A stretch of 58,613 nucleotides of DNA from Chitinophagaceae bacterium (lineage in GTDB: Bacteria > Bacteroidota > Bacteroidia > Chitinophagales > Chitinophagaceae), in assembly GCA_947483415.1 (NCBI GenBank), contig CANKLV010000001.1, positions 1 through 58,613 on the forward strand, in the 5' to 3' direction. Shown in pieces: positions 40,641-51,511 of the stretch. The stretch's first letter is position 1; every line of letters starts with the position of its first letter. Both the position numbers and the translations under genes were made by a program. The notes below the pieces were generated by a model that was given only the letters and a program-made list of their open reading frames with translations, was not told where the DNA came from and made no database searches.

Positions 40641-41108
40641 ATGATTGGTTTTTTAGGTGAATATGAATCAACTGTTGATACAAAAGGACGTTTTCTGCTA
40701 CCAGCGGGGTTCAAGAAGCAATTGCCCGATTTAGATAAAACAAATTTTGTATTAAACAGAGGTTTTGAAAAATGCCTCACTTTGTATCCAATGCAAAGCT
40801 GGGAACCAATCTTTAATGAGATCAACGCGTTGAATGATTTCGATCCCAAAGTTAGAGCTTTTAGACGTATTTTTTTAAATGGCGCAAATCAAATTGAATT
40901 GGATTCTGCAGGAAGGATTTTATTGCCTAAAACTTTGATAGAATATGCGGGGTTGGATAAAGATATTGTCTTAATAGCTGCGGTTAACAAAATTGAAATT
41001 TGGGATAAAGCTACTTATCAAGCATTTTTTGATTCAATGTCTGCAGATGATTTTAGCAATTTGGCCAATGAGGTAATGAATAAATCGAAAGAAAATCCGA
41101 ATACTTGA
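40641..41108 (+). CDS. mraZ: Division/cell wall cluster transcriptional repressor MraZ
   Basis: Two AbrB-like repeats (DTKGRFLLP, DSAGRILLP), IEIWD. Confidence 0.95.
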   Translation: MIGFLGEYESTVDTKGRFLLPAGFKKQLPDLDKTNFVLNRGFEKCLTLYPMQSWEPIFNEINALNDFDPKVRAFRRIFLNGANQIELDSAGRILLPKTLIEYAGLDKDIVLIAAVNKIEIWDKATYQAFFDSMSADDFSNLANEVMNKSKENPNT

Positions 41109-41113
41109 TAAAT

Positions 41114-42064
41114 ATGCTGTCAAACAAAGATATAAACGGCAATAATCAAGAAGATGAAAACAATGAAGCATATCATATACCTGTTTTGCTTTTGGAAAGT
41201 GTAGAAGGTTTGTCGATAAAAGAAAATGGCGTTTATGTGGATTGTACGTTTGGTGGTGGTGGACATAGTAAAGAGATCTTAAAAAAGTTGGGTTCAGATG
41301 GTCGGTTATTTGTTTTTGATCAGGATATGGATGCTAAAGCAAATTTGCCAAAAGATGAAAGGGTTGAGTTTGTGCCACAGAATTTCAGACACATTCAACG
41401 GTTTTTAAGATTGCTTGGGGTGCAAAAAGTGGATGGGGTTCTGGCGGATTTGGGGGTTTCAAGTCACCAGTTTGATGAGGCGGAAAGGGGATTTTCAATT
41501 CGTTTTGATGCCGATTTGGATATGCGAATGGATAAAAGGCAGTTGCTTACAGCTGCAAAAGTGTTAGCAACATATCATGAACAAGCATTGCATAAGTTAT
41601 TTGAAAAATACGGTGAGGTGAGCAATTCGAAAACTTTGGCCAGAACAATTGTTGCAAAACGCAATCATATGCCAATGCAAACCATCAATCAGTTTAAGCT
41701 GATTATTCGTGAAGTAGTAATGGGAAACCCGAATAAATATTTGGCTAAAGTTTTTCAGGCTGTAAGAATTGAGGTAAATGATGAAATGGGCGCTTTGAAA
41801 GACTTGCTAGAACAATCGTTGAATTTGTTGAATCCCGGTGGCCGAATTGCAATCATAACATTTCACTCTTTAGAAGATAGGATGGTAAAAAACTTTTTCA
41901 AAACCGGTTCGATAGAAGCGATACAAGCAACTGATGTTTTTGGAATAAAACCGAAAAGCCCTTTGAAAGTAATAACCAAAAAACCGATTGAAGCAACAGC
42001 AACAGAATTGAAAAGAAACAATAGATCGAGAAGTGCAGGATTAAGAATAGCAGAAAAAATATAA
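41114..42064 (+). CDS. rsmH: 16S rRNA m4C1402 methyltransferase
   Basis: YHIPVLL, DCTFGGGGHS, DLGVSSHQFD, LDMRMD, ITFHSLEDR, RSRSA. Start ambiguous (41105 TTG or 41114 ATG). Confidence 0.96.
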   Translation: MLSNKDINGNNQEDENNEAYHIPVLLLESVEGLSIKENGVYVDCTFGGGGHSKEILKKLGSDGRLFVFDQDMDAKANLPKDERVEFVPQNFRHIQRFLRLLGVQKVDGVLADLGVSSHQFDEAERGFSIRFDADLDMRMDKRQLLTAAKVLATYHEQALHKLFEKYGEVSNSKTLARTIVAKRNHMPMQTINQFKLIIREVVMGNPNKYLAKVFQAVRIEVNDEMGALKDLLEQSLNLLNPGGRIAIITFHSLEDRMVKNFFKTGSIEAIQATDVFGIKPKSPLKVITKKPIEATATELKRNNRSRSAGLRIAEKI

Positions 42065-42066
42065 AA

Positions 42067-42411
42067 TTGGAAACAGAAAAAAAAATATTAAACGCAGCAT
42101 CTGAAAAAATTGATTGGAAAAAACATTTCAATTACAGCCACATTGTAAAAAATATTGGATTCATTTTGTTTTTGTCTCTGATTGCAATTGCTTATATCTA
42201 TAATGGACATTATGCAGATAAATTAAGTAGAAAAATAAGCAAAACAGAACATCAAGTAAAAGAATTAGAATACGAATACAAAACAATAAAAAGTGAGGTG
42301 ATTTATAGAAGTAAAGCAACGGAGATGATTAAGTCAGTAGAACCCTTAGGCTTGAAAGAATTAAAACAACCCCCTATTTTATTAATTGTAACAGATTCAT
42401 CAAAACAATAA
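42067..42411 (+). CDS. ftsL: FtsL-like cell division protein
   Basis: Single TM plus coiled coil, located between rsmH and the PBP gene. TTG start. Confidence 0.8.
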   Translation: METEKKILNAASEKIDWKKHFNYSHIVKNIGFILFLSLIAIAYIYNGHYADKLSRKISKTEHQVKELEYEYKTIKSEVIYRSKATEMIKSVEPLGLKELKQPPILLIVTDSSKQ

Positions 42412-42426
42412 AAACCAGAACTAATT

Positions 42427-44553
42427 TTGGATATCAGAAAAGACATTTTATGGCGAGTTTATGTATGCTACATTGGCATCATACTTATCGGTGCTTTGGT
42501 TCTTGCCAAAACTTTTTATATACAACAAGTCGAAGGGAAGTTTTGGAGAAGTATGGGCGATAGTTTGCATCTGAAATATATGCCTATTATTGCAGCTAGA
42601 GGAAGTATCTATAGTGAAGATGGAAATATTTTGAGTACATCAATCCCGGTTTTTGATGTGTATGTTGATTTTTGTGCAGAAGGTTTAAGGGCTAAAAACG
42701 GATTGTTATTTAAGGAAAATATTGATTCTTTAGCATTAAGAATGAGTCAGGTTTTTGGTGATAAGTCGAAGGAAACTTACAAAAATGATTTGGAATTGGC
42801 CTATCAAAATAAAGAGCGTTACTATTTGCTTAAGCGCAAAATCTCTTATGATCAAATGAGCTCGATGCGCGATTTTCCTCTAGTTAGATTAGGCAGAAAT
42901 AAAAGTGGTTTCATTTATGATATTCGCGATAAACGCATTAACCCCTATGTATTATTAGCAAACAGAACCATAGGTCTTTCAAGGAAAGATTCTTCAAAGA
43001 ATGTTGGACTTGAAAGGACCTATGATAGTTTGCTACGTGGCGAATCTGGACAACGATTAATGCGTTATGCTTCGGGTGCATATATGCCCGTTGAAGGAGC
43101 CGAAGTTGATCCGATAAACGGAAAAGATATCATTACTACATTAGACACCTATATTCAAGATGTTGCAGAAGATGAACTCATGCAAATGATGGTGGGAAAC
43201 AATTCTGAACATGGCAGTGTAATAGTAATGGAAGTTGCCACAGGCAAAATAAAAGCAATTGCCAATTTGGGCAAAGAAAAAGAAGGCGTATATACTGAAA
43301 ATTTAAATTATGGAATAGGCAAAGCAACAGAACCGGGCTCCGTATTTAAATTGGCTACTTTATTGTGTTTATTAGATGATAAATATGTAACCAATGAGAG
43401 TAAGGTGGATTGTGAAGGTGGAGTAAAAAGCTTCTATGGATTAAAAATCAAAGACTCTCATAAAGGCACAGGAACAATAACTGTGAAAGATGCGTTTACA
43501 AGAAGTAGTAATGTTGCCTTTGCAAAATTGGCAAATCAATATTATCAAGCACAACCTATGAAATGGTATCAACATTTGGATCGTTTTAGATTAACCAAAT
43601 TAACCGGTATCGATATTATTGCTACATCTGGAAAGCCAACCATAAAAAGCCCTTCTTCAAAAAGTTGGGGAAAAACAACCATTCCTTATATGGCACATGG
43701 TTATGAAGAATTGGTTACGCCTTTGCATATGCTAATGCTTTATAATGCAGTAGCAAACAATGGCAAAATGATGAAGCCATATTTGGTGAATTCTGTTAAA
43801 GAAAATGGTGTTGAAATTCAAAAATTTGTTCCTGAAGTTTTAGTAGATAAAATTTGTAGCGATGATGCAATCAAACAAGCTAAAGTATGTTTAAGAGCCG
43901 TTGTGGATAGTGTTCATGGTACAGGGTATAAAATATTAACTGACTCAAATTATTCAATCTCTGGAAAAACAGGAACCGCTGTAACCGCTTTAGATAATTC
44001 AGGATATAACAAAGGGGATAAAATTTATCAGTCATCTTTTATTGGTTATTTCCCTTCAGAAAATCCAAAGTATTCAATTGCCGTGGTAATACAAAATAAC
44101 AAAAATTCAAAACAATATTATGGCGCTTTGGTTGCGGGTAAAGTGTTTAAAAAAGTGAGTGATCGCATTTACAATCATTTTTTAAGTAAGCCTAATTTTA
44201 AAAATGAAGCGATTTTAGATACTTCAGTTCATTATTATTTTGGCATTAAAACGGACATGCAATCTATTTTTTCTGGCCTTGGTATTACTTATGCTGATTC
44301 AAATGCATCTGGCTTATGGCGCAATGCAAGTTTGACGGGCAAAAAAGCCACACTTGCAGAACCTACTCAATTAAATACAGCAAACAACATAATGCCCAAT
44401 CTAGTAGGGATGGGTTTAAAAGATGCGCTGTATTTATTGGAAAATAAAGGACTAACGGCAACAATTAGTGGAAAAGGAAAAGTAATTAGTCAAAGTTTAT
44501 TACCAAGTACTTCATTTAAAAAAGGTCAAAAAATAATATTAATGCTTAATTAA
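42427..44553 (+). CDS. ftsI: Class B penicillin-binding protein (FtsI/PBP3) with PASTA domain
   Basis: EPGSVFK (SxxK), SSN, KTGT motifs, C-terminal PASTA (MPNLVGM), dcw position. Confidence 0.92.
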   Translation: MDIRKDILWRVYVCYIGIILIGALVLAKTFYIQQVEGKFWRSMGDSLHLKYMPIIAARGSIYSEDGNILSTSIPVFDVYVDFCAEGLRAKNGLLFKENIDSLALRMSQVFGDKSKETYKNDLELAYQNKERYYLLKRKISYDQMSSMRDFPLVRLGRNKSGFIYDIRDKRINPYVLLANRTIGLSRKDSSKNVGLERTYDSLLRGESGQRLMRYASGAYMPVEGAEVDPINGKDIITTLDTYIQDVAEDELMQMMVGNNSEHGSVIVMEVATGKIKAIANLGKEKEGVYTENLNYGIGKATEPGSVFKLATLLCLLDDKYVTNESKVDCEGGVKSFYGLKIKDSHKGTGTITVKDAFTRSSNVAFAKLANQYYQAQPMKWYQHLDRFRLTKLTGIDIIATSGKPTIKSPSSKSWGKTTIPYMAHGYEELVTPLHMLMLYNAVANNGKMMKPYLVNSVKENGVEIQKFVPEVLVDKICSDDAIKQAKVCLRAVVDSVHGTGYKILTDSNYSISGKTGTAVTALDNSGYNKGDKIYQSSFIGYFPSENPKYSIAVVIQNNKNSKQYYGALVAGKVFKKVSDRIYNHFLSKPNFKNEAILDTSVHYYFGIKTDMQSIFSGLGITYADSNASGLWRNASLTGKKATLAEPTQLNTANNIMPNLVGMGLKDALYLLENKGLTATISGKGKVISQSLLPSTSFKKGQKIILMLN

Positions 44554-44564
44554 GCAAAAAACAA

Positions 44565-46025
44565 ATGCTAAAAGATATTTTATATAAAGTAAACATGGTT
44601 TCTATTTCTGGTAAAACGGATTTAGAAATTAAGAATCTGCAAACAGATTCAAGGATGGTTACTTTAGGCAGTTGTTTTGTAGCCATAAAAGGAGTTTCAA
44701 TTGACGGACATGATTATATAAATACAGCCATACAAAATGGTGCAGTAGCTATTATCTGCGAATGCTTACCTCTGCAACTTCAGGATAATGTAACTTATGT
44801 GGAAGTTAAAAACACTGCACAAGCTTTAGGGATGATGTGTCATCATTTTTATGGTGAACCATCATCTCATTTAAAAGTAATTGGAGTAACAGGAACAAAC
44901 GGAAAAACAACCATCGCTACTTTGCTTTGGAAATTATTTACTTCACTTGGTTACACCTGTGGTTTAATCAGTACAGTTCAAAATCAAATTGGCGATGAAA
45001 TTATAGAATCTACGCACACTACACCTGATGCCATTCACCTAAACGAATTGTTGAAGAAAATGGTTGATCGAGGCTGTACCCATGTTTTTATGGAATGTAG
45101 TAGTCATGCCATTCATCAGCAACGTATCGCTGGCGTTGAATTTGCAGCTGCTTTATTTAGCAATATTACACATGATCATTTGGATTACCACAAAACATTC
45201 GATGCTTACATCCAAGTGAAAAAATCTTGGTTTGATGGTTTGCCCAAAGAAGCAATAGCCATTTCAAATGCCGATGATAAACGAGGATCAGTAATGCTTC
45301 AAAATTGTAAAGCAAAAAAATATTATTATAGTTTAAAAACACTTGCTGATTTTAAAGGTAGAATTTTAGACAATGCGCTTTTGGGACTACATATGAATAT
45401 CAATGATATCGATGTTCATTTTAAATTGATTGGAGAGTTCAATGCATACAACATACTTGCTGTAGTAGGCGTAGCGGTTAGTTTGGGTGAAGATAAATAT
45501 CAAGTGCTTCAAAATTTAAGTATGCTTACTGGTGCTGAAGGCCGATTTGATTATACAGTAAGCACAAAAGAAAATGTTGTAGGAATTGTAGATTATGCAC
45601 ATACACCAGATGCATTATTAAATGTATTGGTTACCATAAAAAATTTACGTCAAGGCGAACAAAAAATAATTACGGTGGTGGGGTGTGGTGGAAATAGAGA
45701 TGCAGCAAAAAGGCCATTAATGGCTGAAGTAGCTTGTCAATATAGTGATAAAGTGATTCTTACTTCCGATAATCCAAGGTTTGAGTCGCCTGGTGAAATA
45801 TTGAAACAAATGGAGGCGGGTGTAAATGTGGTTAGTAGAAAAAAATGCATAACCATCAGTGATAGAAAAGAAGCCATTAAGACAGCTATTAGTTTTGCAA
45901 ATCAATCAGATATTGTTTTAATCGCAGGAAAAGGACATGAGAAATATCAAGATGTAAATGGCGTAAAATATCCTTTTGATGATAAGTCTGTATTAATGGA
46001 GATGCTAGAACTTTTAGAAAAATAA
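44565..46025 (+). CDS. murE: UDP-MurNAc-tripeptide synthetase
   Basis: GTNGKTT, MECSSH, DHLDYH, DYAHTPD, DNPR (meso-DAP specificity), GKGHE. Confidence 0.96.
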   Translation: MLKDILYKVNMVSISGKTDLEIKNLQTDSRMVTLGSCFVAIKGVSIDGHDYINTAIQNGAVAIICECLPLQLQDNVTYVEVKNTAQALGMMCHHFYGEPSSHLKVIGVTGTNGKTTIATLLWKLFTSLGYTCGLISTVQNQIGDEIIESTHTTPDAIHLNELLKKMVDRGCTHVFMECSSHAIHQQRIAGVEFAAALFSNITHDHLDYHKTFDAYIQVKKSWFDGLPKEAIAISNADDKRGSVMLQNCKAKKYYYSLKTLADFKGRILDNALLGLHMNINDIDVHFKLIGEFNAYNILAVVGVAVSLGEDKYQVLQNLSMLTGAEGRFDYTVSTKENVVGIVDYAHTPDALLNVLVTIKNLRQGEQKIITVVGCGGNRDAAKRPLMAEVACQYSDKVILTSDNPRFESPGEILKQMEAGVNVVSRKKCITISDRKEAIKTAISFANQSDIVLIAGKGHEKYQDVNGVKYPFDDKSVLMEMLELLEK

Positions 46026-46045
46026 AATAATAAAACAGAATAATT

Positions 46046-47344
46046 ATGTTATATCACTTTTTTGAATGGCTGTCTAAAGAAGGTTACCGGGTTGCTGGTG
46101 GCGGACTTTTTCAGTTTATCACATTCAGGGTGATGTTGGCTTTGATTCTCTCTTTGTTTATCACAACTGTTTTTGGAAAGAAAATTATTCTTTTTTTACA
46201 AAACAAACAATTAGGGGAAACAGTACGAGAGTTGGGATTGGAAGGGGAACAACAAAAAAAAGGAACACCTACCATGGGCGGATTAATTATTATTTTGGCT
46301 ATCCTTGTTCCTACTTTATTGCTGGCTAATTTAGATAAGGTATACATCAGATTGATGATTCTTTGTACGGTATGGCTTGGTGCTATTGGTTTTATCGATG
46401 ATTATTTAAAAATTAAAGCCAAAAGAATTGCCAAAGAAAAAGGAATTGATTTCAAAAAAACTAATGCAGATGGGCTAGCTGGAAAGTTTAAAATATTTGG
46501 ACAGGTAATGCTTGGAATAGTAGTTGGCGCTACACTTTATTTTAACCAAAGTGTAGTGGTAAAAAGAGAAGTGATATCAAATATCCCCTTTACGCAAAAT
46601 GATAGCTCAAAAAACAAAACAAAATTTGATGTTGTCAAAATTGACGGAAAAGAGCGTGTTTTTACAAATGCAAAAAATGTAATTACAACCATACCGTTTG
46701 TAAAAGGTCACGAATTTAATTATGCCAAATTGTTGCCAAAATCATTAGAGCAGTATACGTACATTATTTATATACTAATTGTCATTTTCATTGTTACAGC
46801 GGTTTCTAATGGGGCAAATATTACTGATGGTTTAGATGGTTTGGCAACAGGGGTAAGTGCCATAATTGGAATATGTTTAGGCATATTCGCTTACGTAAGT
46901 GGCAATATAAAATTTGCAGAGTATTTAAACATTATGTACATACCCAATTTGGGCGAGCTGTCCATATTTATTGCAGCGTTTGTGGGAGCATGTATCGGGT
47001 TTTTATGGTACAATGCCTATCCAGCACAGGTTTTCATGGGTGATACAGGTAGTCTTGCTTTGGGTGGAATTATTGCAGCATTGGCCATTATCGTAAGAAA
47101 AGAATTATTGATTCCAATTTTTTGTTCTGTGTTTTTAATTGAAAATATGAGTGTAATGATTCAAGTGGGTTATTTTAAATACACCAAAAAGAAATATGGC
47201 GAAGGAAGGCGTGTCTTTTTAATGAGCCCTTTACATCATCATTATCAAAAAAAAGGATTTCACGAGAGTAAGATTGCAGTAAGATTTTGGATTGTTACAA
47301 TTTTAAGCGTAGCGCTTGCCATTGTAACCCTAAAAATGAGATAA
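46046..47344 (+). CDS. mraY: Phospho-MurNAc-pentapeptide transferase
   Basis: [36 protein letters not shown]. Confidence 0.97.
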   Translation: MLYHFFEWLSKEGYRVAGGGLFQFITFRVMLALILSLFITTVFGKKIILFLQNKQLGETVRELGLEGEQQKKGTPTMGGLIIILAILVPTLLLANLDKVYIRLMILCTVWLGAIGFIDDYLKIKAKRIAKEKGIDFKKTNADGLAGKFKIFGQVMLGIVVGATLYFNQSVVVKREVISNIPFTQNDSSKNKTKFDVVKIDGKERVFTNAKNVITTIPFVKGHEFNYAKLLPKSLEQYTYIIYILIVIFIVTAVSNGANITDGLDGLATGVSAIIGICLGIFAYVSGNIKFAEYLNIMYIPNLGELSIFIAAFVGACIGFLWYNAYPAQVFMGDTGSLALGGIIAALAIIVRKELLIPIFCSVFLIENMSVMIQVGYFKYTKKKYGEGRRVFLMSPLHHHYQKKGFHESKIAVRFWIVTILSVALAIVTLKMR

Positions 47345-47493
47345 TAAACGGATTTATAAAATTATAAAGTTAGTCACCAACCCTAAGAAACTAAAAAAGC
47401 AACCCATTAAGTTCGATGCTTTTGAAGAACCTTTTTTAAATCAATCAATAGGCAATTGCTCATGATTTTTTTAGAAAAAAAATCCTAAAAAAA

Positions 47494-47673
47494 ATGACAT
47501 CACTGTGTCAGCAACGGCGAGTCATATCTATTGGTTTAAATTACCAACAAGTGTATTGAAAGAACCTTGTTCTTAAATATTCTAAACGTGATTTTTTACC
47601 CTTAGAAAACAAAACCAGTTTTAATCCGTACCCCTTTTTTAACGAATCGTTATTTACAATTATTAAAATTTAG
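47494..47673 (+). other. Unannotated 59-codon small frame interrupted by one TGA (small-protein pseudogene or leader ORF)
   Basis: MTSLCQQRRVISIGLNYQQVY*KNLVLKYSKRDFLPLENKTSFNPYPFFNESLFTIIKI*. A-rich leader. Ends 12 nt before the murD ATG in the same frame. Confidence 0.4.
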
Positions 47674-47685
47674 CAAACTGCATTT

Positions 47686-49026
47686 ATGCATAATAAATTA
47701 ATCATACTCGGAGCTGGAGAAAGTGGCATAGGTGCTGCGCTTCTTGCCAAACAAAAAGGGTATGATGTGTTTGTGAGCGATGCGGGAATTATTGCTGAAA
47801 AATATCTAAAAGAGTTATCGGAAAATCAAATTGCTTTTGAACAATCTGGTCATGATGAAGAACTGATTTTAAGCGCATCAGAAGTTATTAAAAGTCCTGG
47901 CATTCCTGAAAAATCAGCTATTGTACAAAAAATTAGATTAAATAATATTTCTGTTATTAGTGAAATTGAATTTGCTTACAGATATGCAGATGGAAGTAAA
48001 ATCATTGCTATCACTGGAAGTAACGGCAAAAGTACAACTACTGCATTGACCTATCATATTTGCAAAACGGCAAATCAAAACTGTGCCATGGTTGGAAACA
48101 TCGGTTTTTCATTTGCTCGTCAGATTGCTCAAGATCCTAAAGATTTATACATCATTGAAATAAGTTCGTTTCAATTGGATGATATAAAAAGTTTCAGACC
48201 AGATGTAGCGATACTTACAAATATTACAGAAGATCATTTAGATAGATACCAATATAAATTGGAAAACTATGTAAGCAGTAAGTTTAGAATTGTAGAAAAT
48301 CAACGTCAATCAGATGTATTCATTTATAATCTTGACGATGAAGTATCCATGAAATATATAACTAATTATACCATTAATTCAATCCAAGCTCCCATTACTA
48401 TGAGAAAAGAACTGCCACAAGGTGCCTACTTAACAAACGCGAAAATTTGTCTTAAATGGAAAAGCGAAGAAGTAGAGATGAACGTATCTGATTTTGCTGT
48501 AAAAGGTAAACATAATCTTTATAACAGCATGGCTGCAAGTATGGCTGTTACGGCTATTGATATACGAAAAGAAAAAATTAGAGAAGCGCTGCAAACTTTT
48601 GAAAGTTTAGAACACCGAATGGAAAAAGTGGCTACCATTAAAGGAGTTGAATTTATAAATGATAGCAAAGCTACAAATGTTAATAGCACTTGGTTTGCGC
48701 TTGAAAGCATGACAAAGCCTGTGATATTGATTTTAGGTGGAGTTGACAAAGGGAATGATTATAATCTACTTAAAGAAATGGTTTCAGAAAAAGTAAAAGC
48801 CATCGTATGTATGGGATTAGATAACATTAAAATAGAAGACGCTTTCTCGGAAATCATACCGCTAATAGTACATACTAAGAGCGCTGAAGAAGCAACCATT
48901 ATGGCTTTTCAAATTGCAAATAAAGGTGAAGCTGTCTTATTGAGTCCAGCTTGTGCAAGTTTTGATTTGTTTAAAAATTTTGAAGATAGAGGCAATCAAT
49001 TTAAAGTAGCAGTAAGAAATTTATAA
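47686..49026 (+). CDS. murD: UDP-MurNAc-L-Ala:D-Glu ligase
   Basis: LGAGESG, KSPGIP, GSNGKSTT, EISSFQL, DHLDRY, NDSKATN, LSPACASFD. Confidence 0.97.
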   Translation: MHNKLIILGAGESGIGAALLAKQKGYDVFVSDAGIIAEKYLKELSENQIAFEQSGHDEELILSASEVIKSPGIPEKSAIVQKIRLNNISVISEIEFAYRYADGSKIIAITGSNGKSTTTALTYHICKTANQNCAMVGNIGFSFARQIAQDPKDLYIIEISSFQLDDIKSFRPDVAILTNITEDHLDRYQYKLENYVSSKFRIVENQRQSDVFIYNLDDEVSMKYITNYTINSIQAPITMRKELPQGAYLTNAKICLKWKSEEVEMNVSDFAVKGKHNLYNSMAASMAVTAIDIRKEKIREALQTFESLEHRMEKVATIKGVEFINDSKATNVNSTWFALESMTKPVILILGGVDKGNDYNLLKEMVSEKVKAIVCMGLDNIKIEDAFSEIIPLIVHTKSAEEATIMAFQIANKGEAVLLSPACASFDLFKNFEDRGNQFKVAVRNL

Positions 49027-49054
49027 TTATATTTTAAAAAGGACTTCTCTTTTT

Positions 49055-50398
49055 ATGCAAGAAATAATAGAAAAAATAAAACGATTTTTTAAACCAGAAT
49101 TAGATAACAATTTAGCCACTACAGCTCCATTTAATATCGGGGATGTAGGTAGTAATCTTGTTGTAAAAACGAAAGGAGATCGCGTTATCTGGTCCATTGT
49201 TATTATTCTTACAATGGCTAGTTTGCTTTTAGTATACAGCAGTACAGGCTCGTTGGCTTATCGGATGAGCAGAAGCACAGAAAGCTATTTATTCAAACAA
49301 TTTGCTTTTATCATTGTAGGTCTTTTGTTCATTTATTTTTTTCATAGAATCAATTACACTTTTTTTTCAAGGTTGGCGCTAATCCTATTTTTAGTTTCAA
49401 TACCATTATTGTTTTACACTTTATTTTTCGGAGTTGAACTAAATGCGGGAAGTAGATGGATTAGACTTCCAGTAATCAATATGACTTTCCAAACTTCTGA
49501 TTTTGCTAAGTTGGCTTTGTTTATGTACATGAGTAGAATGTTGAGCAGAAAGCAATTGGTTATAAAAGATTTTAAAAAAGGGTTTCTACCAATTGTAACG
49601 CCCGTATTGCTTACATGTGCATTTATTGCACCTGCTAATTTATCAACTTCAATATTGGTTTTTGGTACAAGTATGATGCTCATGTTTATTGGAAGAGTAA
49701 GTACAAAACATTTGATGGGCGTAATCGTTGTTGCTTTGGTTCCAATTGTATTGCTGGTATCTATAGCCGCTTCTACATATAATAAAGAAGCAAAAAAAGG
49801 GAATGAACTTCCGGTAGTTTTAAGGATTGGGCGTATCCCAACTTGGATAGGTAGAGTTCAAACATTTTTATACGTTCAAAAAGAAGATGATAGCGAAAAA
49901 TCATATCAAAATAATCAAGCAAAAATTGCAGTAGCCAATGGTGGTTGGTTTGGTCGTGGTCCTGGAAATAGTTTGCAAAGAAATTTTCTACCGCATTGCT
50001 ACAGCGATTTTATTTATGCCATTATTATTGAAGAATACGGATTTGTAGGGGCTGCTTTTATGTTGATGATTTATTTGCTTTTCTTGTTTAGGTGTATTCG
50101 ACTATATAGAAAATGTCCATTTGCTTTTGGTGCTTTTTTGGCACTTGCATTAAGTTTCACTTTGGTTATTCAGGCAATTGCAAACATGGGTGTTAATGTA
50201 AGCTTGTTGCCTAATACAGGGGTTACACTCCCTTTGGTAAGTATGGGCGGTAGCAGTTTGTGGTTTACTTGTATTTCTATAGGAATTATTTTAAGTGTTG
50301 CAAGAAATGTTGAACAAAAAGAGGGCTCGCAACTTAAAAATTTAGAAGCAGCAGTTGCCGAAAATGAATCAAAAGAAACAGAAGCGAATAATAGTTAA
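49055..50398 (+). CDS. ftsW: SEDS family peptidoglycan glycosyltransferase FtsW
   Basis: SRWI, FQTSDFAK, GRGPGNS, SDFIYAIIIEEYG, TGVTLPLVSMGGSS. dcw position. Confidence 0.93.
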   Translation: MQEIIEKIKRFFKPELDNNLATTAPFNIGDVGSNLVVKTKGDRVIWSIVIILTMASLLLVYSSTGSLAYRMSRSTESYLFKQFAFIIVGLLFIYFFHRINYTFFSRLALILFLVSIPLLFYTLFFGVELNAGSRWIRLPVINMTFQTSDFAKLALFMYMSRMLSRKQLVIKDFKKGFLPIVTPVLLTCAFIAPANLSTSILVFGTSMMLMFIGRVSTKHLMGVIVVALVPIVLLVSIAASTYNKEAKKGNELPVVLRIGRIPTWIGRVQTFLYVQKEDDSEKSYQNNQAKIAVANGGWFGRGPGNSLQRNFLPHCYSDFIYAIIIEEYGFVGAAFMLMIYLLFLFRCIRLYRKCPFAFGAFLALALSFTLVIQAIANMGVNVSLLPNTGVTLPLVSMGGSSLWFTCISIGIILSVARNVEQKEGSQLKNLEAAVAENESKETEANNS

Positions 50399-50410
50399 TT
50401 GAATAGAATA

Positions 50411-51508
50411 ATGGGAAAAGGCAAAAGATTTATAATAGCAGGAGGTGGAACAGGTGGTCATATATTTCCGGCTATTGCTATTGCTCAAATGCTAAAAAAA
50501 ATATCGCCTGATTCTAATTTTTTGTTTGTTGGCGCAAAAGGAAAAATGGAAATGGAAAAAGTTCCTCAGGCTGGGTTTGAAATAGCAGGCTTAACCATAG
50601 CCGGTTTAAATAGAAGCTCTTTGATAAAAAATTTTGGGTTGCCGATAAAACTGATTCGAAGTTTTATTCAGGTTTCTCAAATTTTTAAAAAATTTAAACC
50701 AGATGCTGTAATAGGAGTAGGGGGTTATTCTAGTTTTCCGGTTTTAAGATTTGCACAGTCTAAAGGAATTCCAAACTTCATTCATGAGTCAAATTCTTTT
50801 GCAGGAAAATCAAATCAGATGTTGGGAAAAAATGCTACAAAAATTTTTACAGCAACTGATGGGATGGAAATATTTTTTCCAAAAGATAAAATAATCGTTA
50901 GTGGAAATCCCGTTCGCACTTCAATAATTAATCATAAAGTGTCAACTGAAGAAGGATTACATCATTTTGGGTTGGATAAAAATAATAAAACAATTTTTAG
51001 TGTTGGTGGTAGTTTGGGCGCACAAAGTATAAATGAAGCCATATTGAAAAATCTACATTTTTTTGAAAATGGAAATGTGCAATTGATTTGGCAAACAGGT
51101 AAATCGTTTTATAATCAAGCACAAGAAAAATGTAAAGCATTTGAAAATATTGTGGTAAAAGATTTTATAACACAAATGGAATATGCTTATGCTGCGGCAG
51201 ATATAGTGATTAGTAGAAGTGGGGCAATGGCAGTTTCGGAATTGTGTATCGTTGGTAAACCAGTTTTTTTCGTGCCATTTCCTTTTGCAGCGGAAAACCA
51301 TCAAATGGCAAATGCTAAAAAAATTGTAGAAAAAAATGCGGCTTTAGTTATGGATGATAAAGATGCTTTAGAAAAACTAATTCCTGAAGTGTTTAAATTG
51401 CTTAATAACAATGAAACACAAAATAAATTAAAACAAAACATATTAAAACTTGGTGTATTAAACGCTGATGAAATTATAGCCAAGCAAATATTGGATATTA
51501 TTAAATAA
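50411..51508 (+). CDS. murG: Undecaprenyl-PP-MurNAc-pentapeptide GlcNAc transferase
   Basis: GGGTGGHIFP, GGY, HESN, GNPVR, GGSLGA, SRSGA..E, HQ..NA. Confidence 0.96.
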   Translation: MGKGKRFIIAGGGTGGHIFPAIAIAQMLKKISPDSNFLFVGAKGKMEMEKVPQAGFEIAGLTIAGLNRSSLIKNFGLPIKLIRSFIQVSQIFKKFKPDAVIGVGGYSSFPVLRFAQSKGIPNFIHESNSFAGKSNQMLGKNATKIFTATDGMEIFFPKDKIIVSGNPVRTSIINHKVSTEEGLHHFGLDKNNKTIFSVGGSLGAQSINEAILKNLHFFENGNVQLIWQTGKSFYNQAQEKCKAFENIVVKDFITQMEYAYAAADIVISRSGAMAVSELCIVGKPVFFVPFPFAAENHQMANAKKIVEKNAALVMDDKDALEKLIPEVFKLLNNNETQNKLKQNILKLGVLNADEIIAKQILDIIK

Positions 51509-51511
51509 AAA

